A stretch of DNA of 62,998 bases, the filler included. It is 7 parts of 7 records of this genome, joined end to end, with 100 filler letters (N's around TTAATTAATTAA, not from the genome) between each part and the next. Parts side by side here need not be neighbours in the genome. Positions count along the whole stretch, not along the records: positions 57,762 to 62,998 come from DRR723986_55208; 6 more parts are not named here. One strand, 5' to 3'. The notes below the pieces were generated by a model. The model saw nothing but the letters and a program-made list of their open reading frames with translations. It made no database searches and had not been told where the DNA came from. Position 1 is the first letter of the stretch. Each line of letters begins with the position of its first letter. The position numbers were made by a program, and so were the translations under genes. This document shows positions 59,312-62,998 of the stretch, piece by piece.

Positions 59312-60069
59312 ATCAAACAGGCAAAGCGACAGAATTTGCAAAGCTGCACGTGAAAGGCACGCCTTTGGTTCTGTACAATGCATGGGACGCAGGATCGGCC
59401 AAGGCCGTGGCGGACGGCGGAGCCCCAGCCGTTGCAACAGGCAGCTGGTCGGTGGCTGCGGCGCAGGGCTATGCGGACGGGCAGGCCTTGCCGCTTGATC
59501 TGCTGCTGCAAACCGCCGGTCAGATCGTGCGGGCCGTTGATTTGCCGGTCAGTGTGGATTTTGAGGGCGGCTATGCCATTGATGCAAATGAAGTCGGGCA
59601 AAACGCCGCCCGTTTGCTGGAGACCGGTGCCGTTGGCCTGAATTTCGAGGATCGGATTGTGGGCGGCAACGGGTTGCACCCAGTGGCAGATCAGGCCCGC
59701 AGGATCGCCGCCATCCGCGCCGCAGCCGAGGCCGCAGGCGTGCCCTTGTTCATCAACGCCCGCAGTGACGTGTTCTTTCAAAAAAACAATGCCCCGCATG
59801 CAGATCTGATGGAGCAAGCGCTGACCCGTGCGGCGGCCTATGCAGAGGCAGGGGCAAACGGGATATTTGTCCCCGGTCTGGCTGATCTGGACCTGGTCAA
59901 GACGATTTGCGAGGCTCAGAGCCTGCCTGTGAACATCATGCGCATGGGCGGCAGCACGGGCATAGCTGACCTGGCCTCGGCAGGTGCCGCCCGGATCAGC
60001 CATGGCCCCGGTCCCTACATCGCGGCCATGGAGACCCTGAGCAAAGCAGCGGCCCAGCTTTACCAGTGA
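59305..60069 (+). CDS. Isocitrate lyase / PEP mutase family protein
   Basis: NAWDAGSA, ATGS, VDFEGGY, NFED, FINARSD; start MVNQ overlaps the ada stop. Confidence 0.9.
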   Translation: MVNQTGKATEFAKLHVKGTPLVLYNAWDAGSAKAVADGGAPAVATGSWSVAAAQGYADGQALPLDLLLQTAGQIVRAVDLPVSVDFEGGYAIDANEVGQNAARLLETGAVGLNFEDRIVGGNGLHPVADQARRIAAIRAAAEAAGVPLFINARSDVFFQKNNAPHADLMEQALTRAAAYAEAGANGIFVPGLADLDLVKTICEAQSLPVNIMRMGGSTGIADLASAGAARISHGPGPYIAAMETLSKAAAQLYQ

Positions 60070-60184
60070 TTGGTCGCTGCTAGGATGATCCATGACGCTA
60101 ATTGCTGCAAAATCCGGCAGGGACATTGATAGTCCTGTCTCAAGCTGACTAGAGTGAACAGTCTGCACGAAACAGGAGTATCTG

Positions 60185-61438
60185 ATGCGGTTTTCTGGCT
60201 TGCGCGTCTTGCGTGAAGGTTTGACCGGCAACAAGGGCTGGGCCCCCCATTGGCGGGATGCCGAACCCAAGGCGGAATACGACGCGATCATCATTGGCGG
60301 CGGCGGTCATGGCCTTAGCACGGCCTATTATCTGGCCAAGAACCACGGCATGACCAACATTGCGGTGCTCGAAAAGGGTTACATCGGCGGCGGCAACGTG
60401 GGCCGCAACACCACGATTGTGCGGGCCAACTACATGCAGCCGGGCAACTCGGAGTTCTATTCCCATTCCCTTAAACTGTGGGAAGGGATGGAGCAGGATC
60501 TGAACTACAACGCCATGCATTCCCAGCGCGGGATCATCAACCTGTGCCACTCTGATGGCCAACGCGATGCCTTTGCCCGGCGCGGCAATATGATGATTGC
60601 CCAGGGCGATGATGCCGAATTGCTGGACCCTGAAGGCGTGCGCAAATATCTGCCCTATCTCGATTTCGACAATGTCCGCTTTCCGATCTACGGCGGTCTG
60701 CTGCACCGGCGCGGCGGCACCGCCCGCCATGACGCTGTGGCCTGGGGTTATGCCCGCGGGGCCAGTGAGCGGGGCGTTGATATCATCCAGCAATGCGAAG
60801 TCACCGGCATTGATATTGAAAACGGCAAGGTGCGCGGCGTGCAAACCACTCGCGGTGCGATCAAGGCCAAAAAGGTCGGTATTGTTGTGGCGGGCCGGTC
60901 CGGTCAGGTTGCCGCGATGGCCGGTATGCGCCTGCCGATCGAAAGCCACATCCTGCAGGCTTTTGTCACCGAAGGCATCAAGCCGGTGATCGACCATGTG
61001 GTCAGCTTTGGCATGGGCCACTTCTACATCAGCCAGTCGGACAAAGGCGGGCTTGTCTTTGGCGGTGATCTGGATTTCTACGCCTCTTATGCCTCGCGCG
61101 GCAACATGCCGATGATGGAACATGTGATGGAGGCGGGCATGACCCTGATGCCGATGATCGCCAAGGCCAAGGTTTTGCGGTCCTGGGGCGGGATCATGGA
61201 TATGACCCCCGATGGCAGCCCGATCATCGACAAGACCGATACCGAGGGTTTGTTCATTGATTGCGGGTGGTGTTACGGCGGGTTCAAGGCGGTGCCGGGG
61301 TCCGGTTTCAGCTTTGCGCATCTGATGGGCACCGGCAACCACCATGCACCTGCCGCACGGTTCCGGCTCGACCGTTTCCGCACCGGACGCGGGATCATGG
61401 ATGAAGAGGCCACCGGGTCTCAACACAACCTGCACTGA
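60185..61438 (+). CDS. soxB: Sarcosine oxidase subunit beta
   Basis: GGGGHG, GGGNVGRNTT, ARHDAVAWGYA, GGFKAVPGSG. Confidence 0.96.
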   Translation: MRFSGLRVLREGLTGNKGWAPHWRDAEPKAEYDAIIIGGGGHGLSTAYYLAKNHGMTNIAVLEKGYIGGGNVGRNTTIVRANYMQPGNSEFYSHSLKLWEGMEQDLNYNAMHSQRGIINLCHSDGQRDAFARRGNMMIAQGDDAELLDPEGVRKYLPYLDFDNVRFPIYGGLLHRRGGTARHDAVAWGYARGASERGVDIIQQCEVTGIDIENGKVRGVQTTRGAIKAKKVGIVVAGRSGQVAAMAGMRLPIESHILQAFVTEGIKPVIDHVVSFGMGHFYISQSDKGGLVFGGDLDFYASYASRGNMPMMEHVMEAGMTLMPMIAKAKVLRSWGGIMDMTPDGSPIIDKTDTEGLFIDCGWCYGGFKAVPGSGFSFAHLMGTGNHHAPAARFRLDRFRTGRGIMDEEATGSQHNLH

Positions 61439-61511
61439 GGGTTGAGAGCATGGAAAATGAGTTTTTTTGGCCAAATGAAGCAGGGGCACAGCGCCCCTCA
61501 AGGAGCCTGTT

Positions 61512-61784
61512 GTGAGAATTGAATGTCCGATTTGCGGCAGCCGTGACCGGCGCGAATTTTACTATCAAGGCGCGGCTGTGGCGCTGGATCGCCCTGCGCC
61601 AGACGCAGGCGAGGCGGCCTGGGACAGCTATGTGCATCTGCGGGACAACCCGGCGGGTGAGACCCGCGATCTGTGGCACCATGAGGGTGGTTGCGGGTCT
61701 TGGCTTGTGGTCACGCGCGACACCGTCACCCATGCGGTTCACAAGGTGGAACTGGCCAGCGATGTGAAAGGGGCGACGTCATGA
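61512..61784 (+). CDS. soxD: Sarcosine oxidase subunit delta
   Basis: CPICG.R, RDNPAG, WHH..GC, RDTVTH. Confidence 0.93.
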   Translation: MRIECPICGSRDRREFYYQGAAVALDRPAPDAGEAAWDSYVHLRDNPAGETRDLWHHEGGCGSWLVVTRDTVTHAVHKVELASDVKGATS

Positions 61785-62998
61785 GAATTGATGGCAAAGG
61801 TCTGATTGACCGGTCCAAGCCGCTGAGCTTTAGTTTTGATGGCAAATCCTATCGCGGCTTTGCCGGGGATACAGTTGCCTCGGCGCTGCTGGCCAATGAG
61901 GTCAAGCTGATGGGGCGGTCATTCAAATATCACCGGCCGCGCGGCGCGTTGACCGCAGGCAGCGAAGAGCCAAACGCATTGATCACTGTCGGGAAGGGCG
62001 CACAGCAAGATCCCAACGTGCGGGCCACCGTCCAGGAACTCTATGAGGGTTTGGTCACGCGGTCGCAAAACGCATGGCCATCGCTTGATTTTGACGTCAT
62101 GGCGATCAACGATCTGGCGGCGCCGTTTTTGGGCGCGGGTTTCTATTACAAGACCTTCATGTGGCCGAAAAAGTTCTGGGAAGCGGTCTATGAGCCGATC
62201 ATCCGCAATGCGGCGGGCCTTGGGGCGCTGAGCGGCGAGACCAACGAAGACAATTACGAGCGGGCCTATGCCTATTGCGACTTGCTTGTCATTGGCGCGG
62301 GGCCAACGGGCCTGATGGCGGCATTGACGGCTGCGCGGTCGGGCGTGGATGTGATCCTTGCCGACGAAGACGCGGTCATGGGCGGACGGCTGAATGCTGA
62401 AACCGGCAAGATCGGCCAGCAGTACGGCGCGGCTTGGGCGGCAGAAGTCTTGGCGGAACTTGGCGCGATGGACAACGTGCGCCTGATGCCCCGCACCACG
62501 GTGACCGGCGCCTATGATGGCGGCATGTATGGCGCGCTGGAACGGGTCAACCACCACACTGGCAAACGTGGCGGCGGCGCCCCGATGGAGACCTTCTGGC
62601 GGATTTCCACCAAACAGGCGATCCTTGCCACAGGTGCAATTGAACGCCCCGTGGCGTTCCGCAACAACGACCGTCCGGGCATCATGACGGCCTCTGCTGT
62701 GCGGTCTTATCTGAACCGTTGGGGTGTCAGCCCCGGCAAATCCGTCACCGTCTTTGGCAACAACGATGATGCGCACCGCACCGCCCTTGATCTGTCGGCG
62801 GCAGGTGTGCGCGTTGCGGCCCTGATCGACAGCCGCCATGACGCGGTGATCGAAGGGGCGGACTTCCCTGTCTATACTGGAGCGCAGGTTTGCAACTCCG
62901 GTGGGCGCAAGGAATTGGAAAGCATCACCATCCGCACCACCAGCGGCGAGCAATCCATCCAGACCGATTGTCTGGCGATGTCCGGCGGCTGGAACCCG
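61781..62998 (+). CDS. soxA: Sarcosine oxidase subunit alpha, 3'-truncated (not in the ORF track)
   Basis: ATG at 61781: MRIDGKGLIDRSKPLSFSFDG...GDTVASALLAN...RSFKYHRPRG...EEPNA, GFYYKTFMWP; open to the window end. Confidence 0.94.
   Translation, partial: MRIDGKGLIDRSKPLSFSFDGKSYRGFAGDTVASALLANEVKLMGRSFKYHRPRGALTAGSEEPNALITVGKGAQQDPNVRATVQELYEGLVTRSQNAWPSLDFDVMAINDLAAPFLGAGFYYKTFMWPKKFWEAVYEPIIRNAAGLGALSGETNEDNYERAYAYCDLLVIGAGPTGLMAALTAARSGVDVILADEDAVMGGRLNAETGKIGQQYGAAWAAEVLAELGAMDNVRLMPRTTVTGAYDGGMYGALERVNHHTGKRGGGAPMETFWRISTKQAILATGAIERPVAFRNNDRPGIMTASAVRSYLNRWGVSPGKSVTVFGNNDDAHRTALDLSAAGVRVAALIDSRHDAVIEGADFPVYTGAQVCNSGGRKELESITIRTTSGEQSIQTDCLAMSGGWNP

Noticed and set aside
58187-62953. 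Long minus-strand ORFs (416, 402, 450 and 344 aa) over ada, ICL and sox genes
   Set aside because: Antisense shadows of well-supported plus-strand genes.
1-62998. rRNA, tRNA, integrase or IS transposase genes
   Set aside because: None recognised by eye; small RNAs cannot be excluded without a covariance-model search.

Overview
The window is not one locus. It is seven unrelated contigs joined by 100-nt linkers (N44-TTAATTAATTAA-N44), i.e. a concatenated metagenomic assembly, probably aquatic. (1) 1-15117, Bacteroidota (Cyclobacteriaceae/Algoriphagus-like by inference): molybdopterin oxidoreductase, an 8-gene TldD/PmbA-DUF4159-MoxR-DUF58-BatA operon whose TldD has a Tat signal, alkB/ada repair genes and a frameshifted DUF4287 gene. 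(2) 15218-22817, Planctomycetota: a GxxExxY nuclease-like gene inside 15-bp-unit inverted repeats, a DUF1592-family cytochrome with an in-frame palindrome insertion, and blaI/blaR(M56). (3) 22918-28786, probably gammaproteobacterial: an integron cassette array with 3 clear attC sites, a putative attI, an ORF-less cassette and two OLD-family ATPase-TOPRIM cassettes. (4) 28887-35234, Planctomycetota: blaI/M56-WD40 next to an array of small orphan genes separated by ~138-bp non-canonical attC-like repeats, which carry a promoter-like motif and decay distally. (5) 35335-40942, a high-GC eukaryotic exon of >5.5 kb between microsatellites. (6) 41043-57661, Bacteroidota: mutS2, duplicated DUF4296, DUF58/vWA, hemN and a complete cbb3 oxidase operon. 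(7) 57762-62998, Rhodobacteraceae-like: gdh, ada, ICL/PEP mutase and soxBDA. The best novelty candidates are the non-canonical cassette array (contig 4), the repeat-bounded GxxExxY element (contig 2), the integron carrying two OLD nucleases (contig 3) and the Tat-exported TldDE/MoxR operon (contig 1). Family assignments come from motifs recognised by eye; no database searches were run.
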